A stretch of 64,000 nt of DNA from an uncultured Gemmatimonadales bacterium (GTDB taxonomy: Bacteria; Gemmatimonadota; Gemmatimonadetes; Longimicrobiales; RSA9): positions 960,001 to 1,024,000 of the forward strand of contig OY970192.1 in NCBI GenBank assembly GCA_963708135.1, given 5' to 3'. The position numbers and the translations under genes were made by a program. This document shows positions 1-11,400 of this stretch, one piece after another (within the stretch, counting starts at the first letter, position 1; the number at the start of each line of letters is the position of its first letter). The notes beneath the pieces were generated by a model, which was not told the origin of the DNA, did not search any database, and saw nothing but the letters and a program-made list of their open reading frames with translations.

Positions 1-606
1 CGAGCCGTAGGCGAAGATCGCGTCGAGCTTCCGCTCGATCTGCGCGGTGATGTCGACGACGAAGCTGGGGCGGAGCGCGTCCTCCCGGTAGGCAACGGCG
101 TAAAGGACCTTGTGGGGTCGGTGGGGCTCACCGTCGAGGCGGGCGTTGCGGAGTCCGGCGGTGAAGCAGGCATCGTAGCCGAGGCGGCTGGCGGCGCGGT
201 GGTCGGGGTGGCGGCCCTCGCGCCACTGGAGGATCACCGTGCGCGGGCGCAGAGCCCGGATGTGGCCAGCCACGACGTCGCGCATGTTGGGAGACGGCTC
301 GAGCCGGCCATCGGGCAGTCCCGCGGAGCGACGCACGGCGAGGCCGAGGATCTCGCTCGCCCGCCGGGCCTCCGCCGCGCGCTGGTCCGGTGATCCCCAG
401 GTCCCCATCTCGCCAGCGGTCAGGTCCAGGACGCCGGTGCGGTAGCCCAGGTCGGCGGCGCGCGCCAGCGTGCCGCCGCAGAGCAGCTCGGCGTCGTCGG
501 GGTGCGCCATGATGGCGAGGAGGTCGATGGCCTCGGGTGGCGGAGGGTCGGGAGACGTGCGCTCGTCCGCCTCTCCCCGATCCCTGCGCGGCGCCTCGGC
601 GCTCAC
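1..606 (-). CDS. bshB1: PIG-L/LmbE family deacetylase, BshB1-like (3' end runs off the window)
   Basis: Not in the ORF track. Manual translation gives IDLLAIMAHPDDAELLCGGTL...DLTAGEMGT...RHPDH...PSFVVDIT...KLDAIFAYGS. GTG start overlaps the permease stop (GTGA). Confidence 0.8.
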   Translation of the reverse strand, partial: MSAEAPRRDRGEADERTSPDPPPPEAIDLLAIMAHPDDAELLCGGTLARAADLGYRTGVLDLTAGEMGTWGSPDQRAAEARRASEILGLAVRRSAGLPDGRLEPSPNMRDVVAGHIRALRPRTVILQWREGRHPDHRAASRLGYDACFTAGLRNARLDGEPHRPHKVLYAVAYREDALRPSFVVDITAQIERKLDAIFAYGS

Positions 607-1835
607 TCGTACCGCAGGGCGACGACGGGATCCATCTTGGAGGCGCGCCACGCCGGCCAGAGCCCGAAGAGCACGCCGGCCACGGCGGCCATGACGAGCG
701 CGGCGATGACGGCGCCGAACGGCACCCGCGCCGGGATCGGCGTCAAGCCATTGATCAGCGCGGCGCCCGCGCCACCGAGGAGCATGCCGACGCCGGCGCC
801 GATCACGGTGACGGTGACCGCCTCGATGAGGAACTGCCAGAGGATCTCGCGGCGGGTGGCGCCGAGCGCCTTCCGGATGCCGATCTCCCGGGTGCGCTCT
901 GTCACGGCGATCATCATGATGGCGATGACGCCCACGCCGCCCACCATGAGGCCGACGGACGAGAGCGCGATCATGACCAGGAAGAAGATGCCAGTGATCT
1001 TGTTGAAGGTCTTGACCGCCTCCTCCTGCCGCATGACGGCGAAGTCGTTCTCCTGGCCCGGCCTCAGCCCGCGCGTGCTGCGCAGCGTGGTGATCACCTG
1101 ATCCATGGCGGCGTCCTGCGTCACGCCGGCCGCGGGGACGGCGAAGATGATCAGCATCTCGCGGTCGGCGTCCAGGTACTTGAGCGCGGATGTGTAGGGC
1201 GTCAGGACCAGGTGCTTGGCGGCCTCCGCGAAGATGTTCTCGTCCATCCGGTAGACGCCGATGATCTCGAACGACTGGCCGCGCAGCCGCACGCGCCGGC
1301 CGATCGGATCGAGGTGGCCGAAGAGGTCGACGGCCAGCTTGTCCGTGATCACCGCCACGGCGCGGGACGCCGCCACGTCGGACGGGAGGAAGTCGTGGCC
1401 CTCCGTGAACGTGCCGCCGTTGAACAGGCTCCAGCCGGCGCCGCGGCCGGCGATCTGCACGTTCTCGATCCGATTGCCCCCGTACGCCATGTCGCCGCTC
1501 GCGTTCACCCCCGGAATCGCCGTCCGCAGGCCGCTCAGGGCGGCGATGCGGGTGGCCTCTTCGGGCGTGACGCGCGGGTTCCTGCCCCAGGGCGGCCCCT
1601 GGGAGTTGATGCGCGGCGCGTAGAAGTCGAAGCGGGCGATCATGAAGTTGTTCGGCCCGGCCGCCTGGATCCCGGAGAGCACGCTGGTCCGGACGCCCGA
1701 GATCATGGCGCTCATCGCCATGACCGTGGCCACGCCGACCACGAGCCCGAGGATGGTCAGGAGCGAGCGGCCCTTGTTGGCCCGCAGCTGGTCGAACGCG
1801 AGGCGGGCGCCTTCCCCCAGGTTCTCGAGGCGCAT
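603..1835 (-). CDS. ABC transporter permease, MacB/FtsX family
   Basis: RSLLTILG...VGGVGVIAIMMIAVTERTREIGIRKALGA...MDPVVALRYE. Confidence 0.93.
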   Translation of the reverse strand: MRLENLGEGARLAFDQLRANKGRSLLTILGLVVGVATVMAMSAMISGVRTSVLSGIQAAGPNNFMIARFDFYAPRINSQGPPWGRNPRVTPEEATRIAALSGLRTAIPGVNASGDMAYGGNRIENVQIAGRGAGWSLFNGGTFTEGHDFLPSDVAASRAVAVITDKLAVDLFGHLDPIGRRVRLRGQSFEIIGVYRMDENIFAEAAKHLVLTPYTSALKYLDADREMLIIFAVPAAGVTQDAAMDQVITTLRSTRGLRPGQENDFAVMRQEEAVKTFNKITGIFFLVMIALSSVGLMVGGVGVIAIMMIAVTERTREIGIRKALGATRREILWQFLIEAVTVTVIGAGVGMLLGGAGAALINGLTPIPARVPFGAVIAALVMAAVAGVLFGLWPAWRASKMDPVVALRYE

Positions 1836-1838
1836 CGG

Positions 1839-3080
1839 CTACTCGTGCCCGAGGGCGACGACGGGATCCATCCGCGCCGCGCGGTTGGCGGGGTAAATCC
1901 CGGCGATCACGCCGACGCTCGTGCCCATGAGCGTGGCCACGCCGATCCAGAGCGGCGAGATCGCCGCCGGCAGCGGCGAGACCGCGCGAACGATGAGGGC
2001 GAGAACGATCCCGATGCCGATACCGATCGCCGCGCCCATCCCGGACAGGGTGGCGCTCTCGACCAGGACCTGGAGCACGATGTCGCGGCTGCGGGCGCCG
2101 AGCGCCTTGCGGATCCCGATCTCGCGCGTGCGCTCCGCCACCGACATGAGCATGATGTTCATGATGACCATGCCGCCGACGACCAGCGCGATCGCCACCA
2201 GGCCGGGGAAGGCGATGAAGAGGATCCGGCTGATCTTGGTCCAGAAGCTCATCGAGTCCTCGGCCGTCTCCAGCTCGAAGTTGTTCGGCTGCGTCGGGCG
2301 CAGGCGGTGCCGCACTCGCATGATCGCCTCGGCCTCCGTCCGGATCTGCGGGAGCGCCTCCGGATTCTCGCCGCGCAGCAGGATGTTGTCCACGTAGCCG
2401 TGCGGGCTGACCAGCCGGGCCATCGGCGAGGTGGCCGGCGCCACGGCGCGGTTGTCCAGCGACATCCCGAACAGCGAGCCCTGCTTCTTCAGCACGCCCA
2501 CTACGCGGAACGGCAGGCCGTTGACCTTCACGGTGCGCCCGATCGGGTCGAGCGTGCCGAACAGCTTGTCCGCCGCGTCGTAGCCGAGCACCACCACGCT
2601 CGCGCCGGCGCGGTCCTCCGGCGCCGTGTAGAGCCGGCCCTTGACCACCTCATAGTCGCGGATCCGGAAGTAGTCCGCGGAGGCGCCCGTCACCCAGACA
2701 TTGTCGAGCTGCGTGCCGTCCGGGCCGACGATGCTGCCGCCGTTGTCGCTCTCGACTGCGACCAGCACGGGCGTCTCGATCTCGTCGTGCAGCGCGCGCG
2801 CATCGGCAAACGTGAGGCGGGGCCGGCGGTTGTAGGCGCGCCAGGTCGCCGGCGTGTCGTTGATGTTGACGGACGGGGTGCGCTTGACCGCCACCGTGTT
2901 CAGGCCGTAGACGACCTTCGCGAAGTCCTCCTTCATGTACCGGTTCATCCCCTCGACCACGCTGACCACCGTGATGAGGAACATCACCCCGATGATCACG
3001 CCGATCACGGCGAAGAAGCTCTTCAGCTTCTGCGACCGGATCTGGCCGAGGGCGAGCAGGATGCCTTCGCGCAGGTTCAT
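1839..3080 (-). CDS. ABC transporter permease, MacB/FtsX family (paralog)
   Basis: VGGMVIMNIMLMSVAERTREIGIRKALGA...MDPVVALGHE. Confidence 0.93.
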   Translation of the reverse strand: MNLREGILLALGQIRSQKLKSFFAVIGVIIGVMFLITVVSVVEGMNRYMKEDFAKVVYGLNTVAVKRTPSVNINDTPATWRAYNRRPRLTFADARALHDEIETPVLVAVESDNGGSIVGPDGTQLDNVWVTGASADYFRIRDYEVVKGRLYTAPEDRAGASVVVLGYDAADKLFGTLDPIGRTVKVNGLPFRVVGVLKKQGSLFGMSLDNRAVAPATSPMARLVSPHGYVDNILLRGENPEALPQIRTEAEAIMRVRHRLRPTQPNNFELETAEDSMSFWTKISRILFIAFPGLVAIALVVGGMVIMNIMLMSVAERTREIGIRKALGARSRDIVLQVLVESATLSGMGAAIGIGIGIVLALIVRAVSPLPAAISPLWIGVATLMGTSVGVIAGIYPANRAARMDPVVALGHE

Positions 3081-3088
3081 GGCGCGCT

Positions 3089-3796
3089 TCAGTCCCCGAC
3101 GGCGGCCATCCGGCCGACGTCGCTGGCGATGATGCCGTCGCGCAGCGTTACCGTGCGCTGCGCGTGCGCGGCGATGTCGTGCTCGTGGGTGACCAGCACG
3201 ATCGTCTGGCCGCCGTCGTGCAGCTCGGAGAACAGCGCCATGATCTCCTCGCTCGTCTGACTGTCCAGGTTCCCCGTCGGCTCGTCCGCCAGCAGCAGCG
3301 CCGGACCGTTGATCAGCGCGCGCGCCACCGCCACCCGCTGGCGCTGCCCGCCCGAAAGCTCCGTGGGCCGGTGCGTCATGCGGTCGCCGAGCCCCACCTT
3401 CTCCAGCATCTGCTCCGCGCGCGCCCGGCGCTCCTTCGCGCTCGCTCCCGCGTAGATCAGCGGCAGCTCCACGTTGTGCAGCGCCGTGGCCCGCGGCAGC
3501 AGGTTGAAGGTCTGGAACACGAAGCCGATCTCGCGGTTGCGCACGCGCGCCAGCTCGTCGTCGCTGAGCCGCGCCACGGGCTGCCCGTTCAGCCAGTACT
3601 CGCCCGCGGTCGGCGTGTCCAGGCAGCCGATCAGGTTCATGAGCGTCGACTTGCCCGAGCCCGACGGGCCCATGATCGCCACGTACTCGTTGCGGGCCAC
3701 CACCAGGTCCACGCCCCGCAGCGCGTGGACGGTCTCGGCCCCGAGCACGTAGTCCTTGCTCAGCCTCTCGGTCCGGATGACGTCCGGCCCGCTCAC
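3089..3796 (-). CDS. ABC transporter ATP-binding protein (MacB/LolD type)
   Basis: Walker A GPSGSGKS, signature LSGGQRQR, Walker [13 protein letters not shown]. Confidence 0.96.
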   Translation of the reverse strand: MSGPDVIRTERLSKDYVLGAETVHALRGVDLVVARNEYVAIMGPSGSGKSTLMNLIGCLDTPTAGEYWLNGQPVARLSDDELARVRNREIGFVFQTFNLLPRATALHNVELPLIYAGASAKERRARAEQMLEKVGLGDRMTHRPTELSGGQRQRVAVARALINGPALLLADEPTGNLDSQTSEEIMALFSELHDGGQTIVLVTHEHDIAAHAQRTVTLRDGIIASDVGRMAAVGD

Positions 3797-5103
3797 TGGA
3801 CGCTCTCCGTAGGGGCGCCCGGACCCTTCCGCGCCGGCGGGGCCATGTGCTTGACCGGCTTGCCGTCCTCCAGCGTGCGGATCGTCTCGTACGGCCCTGC
3901 CACGACGGAGTCGCCCTCCGCGACGCCGCTCAGGACCTCGAACTGCTCCTTGCCGGCGATGCCGACCTTCACGGGCACGAAGTGCGCCTTGCCCGCCTTG
4001 ACGACGAAGACCCCCTCCTGGTCCTTGCTGCTCTCCGCCTGCGCCTGCTCCGCGGCCGCGCTGGCCTGCGGGCTCTCCTGCGGCAGCGCCTTCAGGCTGT
4101 CCCGCTCCCGCACCGTCAGCGCGATGATCGGAATCGTCAGTGCGTCCTTGCGCGTGGCCGTCACCACATCGGCGGTCGCCGAGAGGTCCGGCCGCAGCGT
4201 GGCAGGCGGGTTGTCCAGCTTGATGACGACCTCGAAGTCCACGGCCTGCTGCTGGCTCGCGCTCACGTTCGTGGCGTCGTCCTGGGACTGCACCGCGCTG
4301 TGCGCGATCTCGCTGACCCGTCCCGTGAAGGTGCGGTGCGGGAACGCGTCGATGCTGACCGAGGCGCTGTCGCCGAGGTGGATCTCCGGGACGTCCGTCT
4401 CATCCACGCGGATGACGGCCTCCATGTCCGAGAGGTCGCTCACCGTGAGCAGCAGGCTGCGCGGGTTGTTCATCGTGCCGACGATCGCCATCTCCCCGAC
4501 ATCGACGTTGCGGCGCGTGATGACGCCGTTCATCGGGGAACGGATCACCGTCTTGGCGAGGTCGTTCTCCGCGGCGGCGAGAGAGGCGCGTGCCTGCGCG
4601 ACGCCGTACTTGGCCGCGGCCTCCAGCTCCTGCTGCACCTTGAGCGCGGTCTGGGCGTCCTCGAGCTGCTGCCGACTCACGAGCATCGAGTCCCGCGTCG
4701 CCATCTCCTGGTTGCGCTGCAGCGCGCGCTGCGCCTGGAGCACGTTGGCCTGTGTCTGCGCCTCCTGCGCCAGCGCCTGGCTCACCGCCGCGCGCGCGCG
4801 GGCGACGGCGGCCTCGTACTGCGTCGGATCGATGCGCAGCAGGACGTCGCCCTTGTGCACCGGGGCGCCCTCCCTGACCTGCAGCGCGGTCACGCGCCCC
4901 ATGATGTCCGACTGCACGTCCACCTTGCGGTGGGGCCGCACCCAGCCGCTCGCCGTCACCGTGGCGGTGAGGTTCTCCCGTTTCACCGGCTCGATGCGCA
5001 CGGCGACGGCGCCCCGCCGGCTCGCGGAGATGCTGACCGCCGCCCCCGCGATGACGACCGCCAGGATTCCGACGCCGGCGCCGACCTTGGCCTTTCGGTT
5101 CAT
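3793..5103 (-). CDS. Efflux periplasmic adaptor subunit (MacA-like)
   Basis: N-terminal anchor, lipoyl half-motifs ([26 protein letters not shown]), helical hairpin, operon context. Confidence 0.92.
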   Translation of the reverse strand: MNRKAKVGAGVGILAVVIAGAAVSISASRRGAVAVRIEPVKRENLTATVTASGWVRPHRKVDVQSDIMGRVTALQVREGAPVHKGDVLLRIDPTQYEAAVARARAAVSQALAQEAQTQANVLQAQRALQRNQEMATRDSMLVSRQQLEDAQTALKVQQELEAAAKYGVAQARASLAAAENDLAKTVIRSPMNGVITRRNVDVGEMAIVGTMNNPRSLLLTVSDLSDMEAVIRVDETDVPEIHLGDSASVSIDAFPHRTFTGRVSEIAHSAVQSQDDATNVSASQQQAVDFEVVIKLDNPPATLRPDLSATADVVTATRKDALTIPIIALTVRERDSLKALPQESPQASAAAEQAQAESSKDQEGVFVVKAGKAHFVPVKVGIAGKEQFEVLSGVAEGDSVVAGPYETIRTLEDGKPVKHMAPPARKGPGAPTESVQ

Positions 5104-5106
5104 GAC

Positions 5107-6675
5107 TCAGTGTCCTTCCGTATTCGTGCGCAGCCTCTGGCCGACGGCGTTCTCCAGGTCGGCGAGGTCCTGGTGATAGGAGTAGGTGGCGTCCAGGTAG
5201 GCCTGGTCCGCCTTGGCCTTGAGCGTCTCCGCCTGCTGCAGCTGCAGGAAGTTGGAGCTGCCCACGCTATAGCGCTCGCGCTCGAGCTTGAGCTGCTCGC
5301 CCGCGACCTCCCGGTTGCGCGCCTCGATCCCGACCGTCTGGCGCGCCGTCTCCAGCGCCCGGAAGGCCGAGGCCACGGCCGTCCGGATCTTCAGCTCCTC
5401 CGAGCGCACCTTCTCTTTCGCGTCCTGCTCCTGGACGTGCGCCTGCTCGAGCTGCCGCTCGCGCGTGAACCCGCTGAAGATTGGCAGGCTGATGCTGAGC
5501 TGCGCGAACATCGGCTGCTTCGAGTAGTTGAACGGGAACGCCCGGTTGCCCGCGAGGATCTGCTGCTCCTGCGCCGGCGTCAGGGCGAGCGCGGTGCAGT
5601 CCGCCGGCGTGCCCTCCAGCGGCGAGGACAGCCCGGCCGAGATCTCGTTCAGCAGGTTGCATTGCGAGATGCTGCTCTGGGCGGACTGCCGCGCCTGAGT
5701 CAACAGGTAGTCCTCGTTCGCCGCCTGCCGCGTGTTGCCACTCCAGCCCACGCTCATCTGGAGCGTCGGCAGGTAGCTCGTCTTGGCCGCCTTCACGCCC
5801 GCGCTGGCCGCGTTCCGCTGCGCCTTGACCGCCACGAGGGCGGGATGCTTCGACATCGCCGTCTGGACGAGCTGCTGCTCGGTCCAGGGCAGCGGCGCCA
5901 CCTCGAATGAGCTCACGAGCTGGACGTCCGCCGGCAGGTCGACACCCAGTTGCTGGGACAGGCGCAGGTGCTCCGTCTCGGCCGCGTTCCTGGCCTGGAG
6001 CAGCGCGACCTGCGCACGCCCGCGGTCCACCTCGGCCTGCTGCGCCTCGATCCGGATCGCGCTGCCGACCCTCACCCGCGCATCGGCCAGCTTGTAGTTC
6101 TCCTCCGCCTCGCGGAGCTGCTGCTCGGCCAGGTCCACCTGGTCCCGTGCCCGCAGCACGGCGAGGTACTGGCGCGTCACATCGCTCACCAGCTGGAACT
6201 CGGAGGCGTCGATGTTCGCCACCACCGCGCGCCGGTTGGCCTTCTGCTCTCCCGGCGCGAACAGGCTCGCTCCGCTGAGGGAATAGTTCAGACCGAACTG
6301 GTAGTTGGAGTAGTAGTAGGCCGGCGCCTTGGCGAAACCGAAGTCGCTCCCGGTGTAGATCCCGATCTGTGGCGTGCCGGACCCCTGGTACTGGAACGAC
6401 GTCGAGATGTTGGCGCCCGGCAGCAGCTTGCCGTACGCCTCGCGCACTGCCCAGTCGGCATCGGACTCGCCGTTCTTCGTGACCTGAAAGTCGGGGTTGT
6501 TCGCCCGCGCGAGGCGGATGGCCTCGGAAAGCGTCAGCGTCGCCTGCTGGGCCGCGGCCGAGTCCGCGTGCTGCGTCGCCGGCTGCTGGGCGACTCCGGG
6601 CGTCGCCGCCGCGGCGCACAGCGCCAGGATGAACGGCAGGCGCCGCGGCACGAAGGGGGAGCTCGACGAATGCAC
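5107..6675 (-). CDS. TolC family outer membrane efflux protein
   Basis: Signal peptide, LTLSEAIRLARANNP, LSISLPIFSG. GTG at 6675 follows AAGGAG. Confidence 0.9.
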   Translation of the reverse strand: MHSSSSPFVPRRLPFILALCAAAATPGVAQQPATQHADSAAAQQATLTLSEAIRLARANNPDFQVTKNGESDADWAVREAYGKLLPGANISTSFQYQGSGTPQIGIYTGSDFGFAKAPAYYYSNYQFGLNYSLSGASLFAPGEQKANRRAVVANIDASEFQLVSDVTRQYLAVLRARDQVDLAEQQLREAEENYKLADARVRVGSAIRIEAQQAEVDRGRAQVALLQARNAAETEHLRLSQQLGVDLPADVQLVSSFEVAPLPWTEQQLVQTAMSKHPALVAVKAQRNAASAGVKAAKTSYLPTLQMSVGWSGNTRQAANEDYLLTQARQSAQSSISQCNLLNEISAGLSSPLEGTPADCTALALTPAQEQQILAGNRAFPFNYSKQPMFAQLSISLPIFSGFTRERQLEQAHVQEQDAKEKVRSEELKIRTAVASAFRALETARQTVGIEARNREVAGEQLKLERERYSVGSSNFLQLQQAETLKAKADQAYLDATYSYHQDLADLENAVGQRLRTNTEGH

Positions 6676-6794
6676 CGTTGCATCTCCTTGTATATGGATC
6701 ACGGGCCCTGTTTTCAGGTCCCCTTACGGGCGCGGGGGGGGCACGGTTTCAGGGGAACTCGCCCGGCGCGCGCGCCCGGCACGCGCCCTCATCG

Positions 6795-7511
6795 TTAGTG
6801 TGGCGCCGCCGTGCGTACGGCGGAGAAGTGGAGCGAGGGGATCTCGAGCTTCAGGACGCGGCCACGATCATCCACCCACACGCTGCGCGCCGGGCTTCCA
6901 GTCGCGGCGACGTCCAGCCGTCGCGCCTGGATCCCGGTGCCGCCCACCTGGACCGACTCCGTGCCGGCCGGCGTCACCGTCGCCATGACCTGGCGGTTTT
7001 CGCGCGGCACCAGGATCGGCACGCGAACCGGCCCGCTGCCGAGGCGCTGCGCGAGGAAATAGTACTGGTGCGCGACGCCCTCGTCCACGAGGATCGCGCC
7101 GTCGCTCGCCAGGTATTCCCGCATCATCTCGCCCGAGGGCGAGAGGATGCGCGCGCTGAACCGACCGCCGACGAGGCGTCCCGCGAGCCTCTCCGGCGAG
7201 GCGCCCTGCACGGTGACCTGGTAGGCGCTGGGGCGCATCGCGCTGCCCCGCAGTTCGAGCGAGGCGTTCACCTCCTGCGCGCCGGCGGTGTCCATCACGA
7301 TCCGCCCCTGTGCGATCACGATCGCGCCCTCGCCCGATCCGTTCTGCCGGATCGAGAAGGTCTCCGTCCCGACCTCCTGGCCCGACGCCATGAGCCGGAA
7401 CACGCCCTCATCGAGCGATACCGTCTGGGCCCGCGCCGGCGCGGCATGCAGCGCGGCGACGAGCGCGAGGACGGCCAGGGTGCCGGCCGGCGGGTTCGAA
7501 TGCACCTTCAT
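6795..7511 (-). CDS. Exported hypothetical protein
   Basis: Signal peptide ending A-R-A, beta-rich body, typical codon usage. Confidence 0.7.
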   Translation of the reverse strand: MKVHSNPPAGTLAVLALVAALHAAPARAQTVSLDEGVFRLMASGQEVGTETFSIRQNGSGEGAIVIAQGRIVMDTAGAQEVNASLELRGSAMRPSAYQVTVQGASPERLAGRLVGGRFSARILSPSGEMMREYLASDGAILVDEGVAHQYYFLAQRLGSGPVRVPILVPRENRQVMATVTPAGTESVQVGGTGIQARRLDVAATGSPARSVWVDDRGRVLKLEIPSLHFSAVRTAAPH

Positions 7512-7635
7512 CGGGCCTCCAGAGACGTTCGAGTCGCGCCCTGATTACCCCCGGGCCGGTGCATTGTTCGCAACCCGCAACCGCAAGCGCGGGCATGGTT
7601 TCGGCCGCGCGGCCCGCGCCGCCTCCCGGCCTGCC

Positions 7636-8379
7636 TCAAAGCGTGTCGCTCTCCTCGGCGGGAGCCTCGAAGACGGCGCGGGCGATCGCGTCCCGGATGC
7701 GCCCGTAGATGCGCTCGCCCTTGGCGGCGCTCGCCGCCGTGGGGACCCCCACGACCCCGGCGCTCCCCTTCGGCGGCGGCACGACGCCGCGCTCGAGGTG
7801 GCGCTCGAGCTCTGCGGGCGGGAGATTGAAGTCGCGGGCCCGATCCATACGCACCAGTTCGGGGTAGAGGTGCAGCATGACGGAGGTTTCCGCCTCCCCG
7901 CCGTGGAGGGGGCCCGGCTGGGCCTCGAGAAGGTCGGCGATGCCGACGTCCCAGGCCTCCACGACGCGGACCCTGGCCTTCCGCGTGATCAGCGTAGTGA
8001 GGGCCTCGAGATGGGGCGCGTAGCGGTGGGCGCTGATCAGCACGAACTCGCCGACGCCGTGGGCCTCCCAGGAATCGAGCAGCTCGTTCAGCGCGCGGTG
8101 CAGCGTCTTCTGCGAGAGCGATGCGGTCCCGGCGAAGGCGCGCTCACCGCTGGCGTTGACGCCGTAGTGGATGGTGGGGGCCCGCAGCGCTCCGAAGGTA
8201 CGCGACAGATCGACGGCCAGGCTGCGGGCTATGAGGACGTTGCTGCCCAGAGGAAGATGCGGCCCGTGTTGCTCGAGGGCGCCGACCGGGATGATGAGCC
8301 TGGGGTCGTGCGCGAGGTGCGCGGCCACGTCGATCCAGCTGAGCTCGTCGATCGCGTGGGACAGCTCGGAGGCATTCAT
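7636..8379 (-). CDS. Creatininase family amidohydrolase (divergent motifs)
   Basis: IIPVGALEQHGPHLPLG and HGGEAETS motifs. ATG at 8379 preferred over 8463, which overlaps the divergent gene. Confidence 0.85.
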   Translation of the reverse strand: MNASELSHAIDELSWIDVAAHLAHDPRLIIPVGALEQHGPHLPLGSNVLIARSLAVDLSRTFGALRAPTIHYGVNASGERAFAGTASLSQKTLHRALNELLDSWEAHGVGEFVLISAHRYAPHLEALTTLITRKARVRVVEAWDVGIADLLEAQPGPLHGGEAETSVMLHLYPELVRMDRARDFNLPPAELERHLERGVVPPPKGSAGVVGVPTAASAAKGERIYGRIRDAIARAVFEAPAEESDTL

Positions 8380-8406
8380 TCCTGATCGCCCGATGATGGA
8401 GTTCCG

Positions 8407-11400
8407 TTGAGCGAGGCCGGCCCGAACACCGGCCCGAGGGAGCCGCACGTGCGCCCGCGGCACCGGCTTTCCCCCTTCGCCCTGACCTGGGGCGCGGCCT
8501 ACCTCGCGGCCCTGCTGCTCCTCCTCTGGAGCCGCAACTTGCGCGCGGTCTACCTGGCGGGCGCCGTCGCCATGGCGGCCCTCGCGCTCCCCCTCGGCTG
8601 GCGCGCCCGCGGCCGTCGCGGCGACCCGGCGAGCCTGCCGCTGCTGGGCGCGCTCGCCGGACTGCTTCTCGCGCTGACCGCCGCGGGCGCGACCACTTAC
8701 GAGCTCGGCCGCATCGCGTCACAGTGGGACACTCTGGTGGCGGCGCGCCAGGCCCGCCTCGCGCGCGAGCTGGAGCGGCGGATGAACGCGCTCGTGACGC
8801 AGGGACGCGACGCAGCGGGGCTGGCCGCGGAGGCGGCGGCTGCGCCCGGCCCGCGCGGGCTGTTTGCGGACCTTGCCCGCGTGCGTGACGAGAGCGGCGT
8901 CTCGGCGGTGGCCGTCTTCGACGACGCTGGCGAGCTGATCGCGTGGGCCGGCGACCACCGCGGCCAGCTGCCGGACTCGGTGCGCGTCGGCGCGCAACGC
9001 ATCTTCTACGCCGAACGGCCGCTCTTCAGCTACCTCTATTTCGTCGTGCCGGTCCGCGGCACGGGCGGTCGCGCCGTGGCCGCCGTCCTCATGCAGACGG
9101 GGCTCCCCGCCGGAGTGGCGAGGATCCCCGCGGCGGCGAGCCGGTTCGCCGCCGCCACGGGGGCGCGGCCGCTGTTCGCGCAGGGTGCCGGCGGGCCGGG
9201 TGCGTGGAGCCTGGAGCAGGGTGGCCGCGTGGTCATGCACGCCATGCTGGAGCGGATGACCCAGGCGGATTGGCGGGCGGATGTGGCGGGGCAGGGGAGA
9301 CGGCTCGTGCTGCTGCTCACGGCGCTGGTCATCCTGCTGCTGGTCGCGGCATGGTTGCGCGCCGGCGAGCGGGCGGCCGGGAGCGGGGTGGGCACGGCCG
9401 TGCCGCTCGTGGCCGTGGCGCTCGCGCTGGGTGCCGCTCCGCTGGGCGCCACGCTCGGTGCGGAGGCGCTCTCGTCGCCCGCCTACTTCCTGTTGCCCGG
9501 GCCGGGAGAGCTGTCGCTCGGCATGCTGCTCGCCGTGCTGCTGCCGCTCGCGGCGCTGGCCGCCACGCTCCGCCCGCTGGAGCTCTCCCGCCGCGGTCTC
9601 GCCCTCGTCCTCGCGGCCGGCGGCGTCCTGGTCGGCGCGGGCTTCGTGGCCGGCCTGCGGCTGCTGCTCGAAGCTTCCGCCTCCCCTCTGCTCCAGGCCG
9701 GCGGCTCGCTCTGGCTGGCGCTGCAACCCGCGGCGGTGCTCCTCCTGGCGATGATCGCCGGCCTCGCGCTCGCTGGCGCCGGCACCCGCCCACCCGGGGA
9801 TCGCGGGCGCGAGGGAGTGCGCACGCTGCCGCTGGTCCTGGGCGTCGGGCTCAGTGTCCTGCTCGCCCTGGTCGTGCTGGCGCGCTGGCGCATGGCGCAG
9901 CGCATCGAGGCGTGGCCGGCCGCGCTCTGGGGCGCCGCCTACATTCTCGTCGCGCTGGGGATCGCGTCCTACCACGGGCGGGGCAGCCGGCTGGCGCGCT
10001 GGATGCTCGCCGGCTGGCTCGCCGCGAGCGCGGTGCTGCCGTACCTCTGGGTCGTGCACGTCCAGGCCCGCCTCGAGGACGCGAACCGGGAGCTGGCCAC
10101 GCTGGGCACGCGCCCGGATCCTTTCCTGGACTACCTGCTGCGGCATTTTGCCGCGGAGGCCATTCGGCGCCAGGAGCGCGGCGAGACCGGCGTCGAGCTG
10201 GTCTACCGCACCTGGGTCGCGAGCGGTTTCGCGCGCGAGTCGTACCCTGCGCGGATCACGCTCTGGGATCCGTCCGGGCGCGCGCTGCTGGAGCTCGGGC
10301 TGGGCGGCGCGGCGGGCAACACGCGGCCGGACTCTGCGCCGCCGTTCCTGCGCTCGCTGCTCGACGATGCCCGCACGACGGGCGTTCCCGTGGTCGAGGT
10401 GATCCGCGACGTCCCCGATGTCAATCAGGCCATGGCGGTGCGGCTCAGAGGAGGGGAGGAGCTCTCCGTGGTGGTCCCGCCGCGGCGGACCTTTCAGCGC
10501 TCGACCTTTCTCGCCCCGTTCCTCGGCGGCGGTGAGGCGCAGGCGACGCGGCTCGACCTGGTGCCCGTGAAGGCCGGCGTGCCGCCGCCGCCCCGCCAGA
10601 TCGTCTGGCACCCGGATCCGGACGGCTGGCGCAGCGAGGTGCGCATCCATTTCCCCGAGGGGGATTATCACGCCCACATCCAGGTCGCGCTGCCCTCGGT
10701 CTGGGTGCGCTTCGCCCGCGGCGTGCTGCTCATCGCGCTCGACCTCGGGCTGCTCGCCCTCTTATGGGGTATCGGCCGCGCCGCTCGCGGAGACCTGCCC
10801 GAGCCGCCGGGCGGCTGGGGCGGCCTCGTGCGCGGGTTCCGGTCCCGGCTGACGCTGGCGCTGTTCGCGTTCTTCCTCCTGCCCACCGCCGTATTCGGCT
10901 ACGTGGCGTACCGTGCGCTCGCGGGCGAGGTGCTGCGCTCGGCGCGGGTGGTCGCCGCGCACGCCGTCGCGCAGGCCTCGCGCGATTTCCCGACCGACAA
11001 CGGCGACCTGCGCATCCTCTCGCAGGACGCGGGCGAGGAGATGCTGTACTACCAGGGCGGCGAGCTGATGGCGGCCTCCTCCACGGAGGCCTACGAGCTC
11101 GGGCTCTACAGCACCTGGATGCCGCCTCCCGTCTACGCCACGCTCCAGAGCGGGGAGGAGGTCTCCGCCGTCGAGCCGCAGCGTCTCGCCAGCCATCCCT
11201 ACCTCGTCGCCTACCAGCGGCTGCCGGTGGTCGGCACGCTCGCCGTGCCGGTGCCCCTGGCCGCGGGAGAGACCGCCGTCCGGCAGCGCGAGCTCGAGCA
11301 CCTGATCCTCTTCGCGGCGCTGATCGGCGCGCTCCTCACGCTCGGACTCTCGCTCGCGGTCGGCCGCGCCCTCGCGGGGCCGATCTCGCAGCTAAGACGC

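Noticed and set aside
537..3260. 907-aa plus-strand ORF and many similar long ORFs (3164-5176, 13287-15716, 14830-17187, 38815-41307, 59449-62343)
   Set aside because: Antisense or off-frame shadows of clearly identified genes; stop codons are rare at this GC content and the products have no recognisable motifs.
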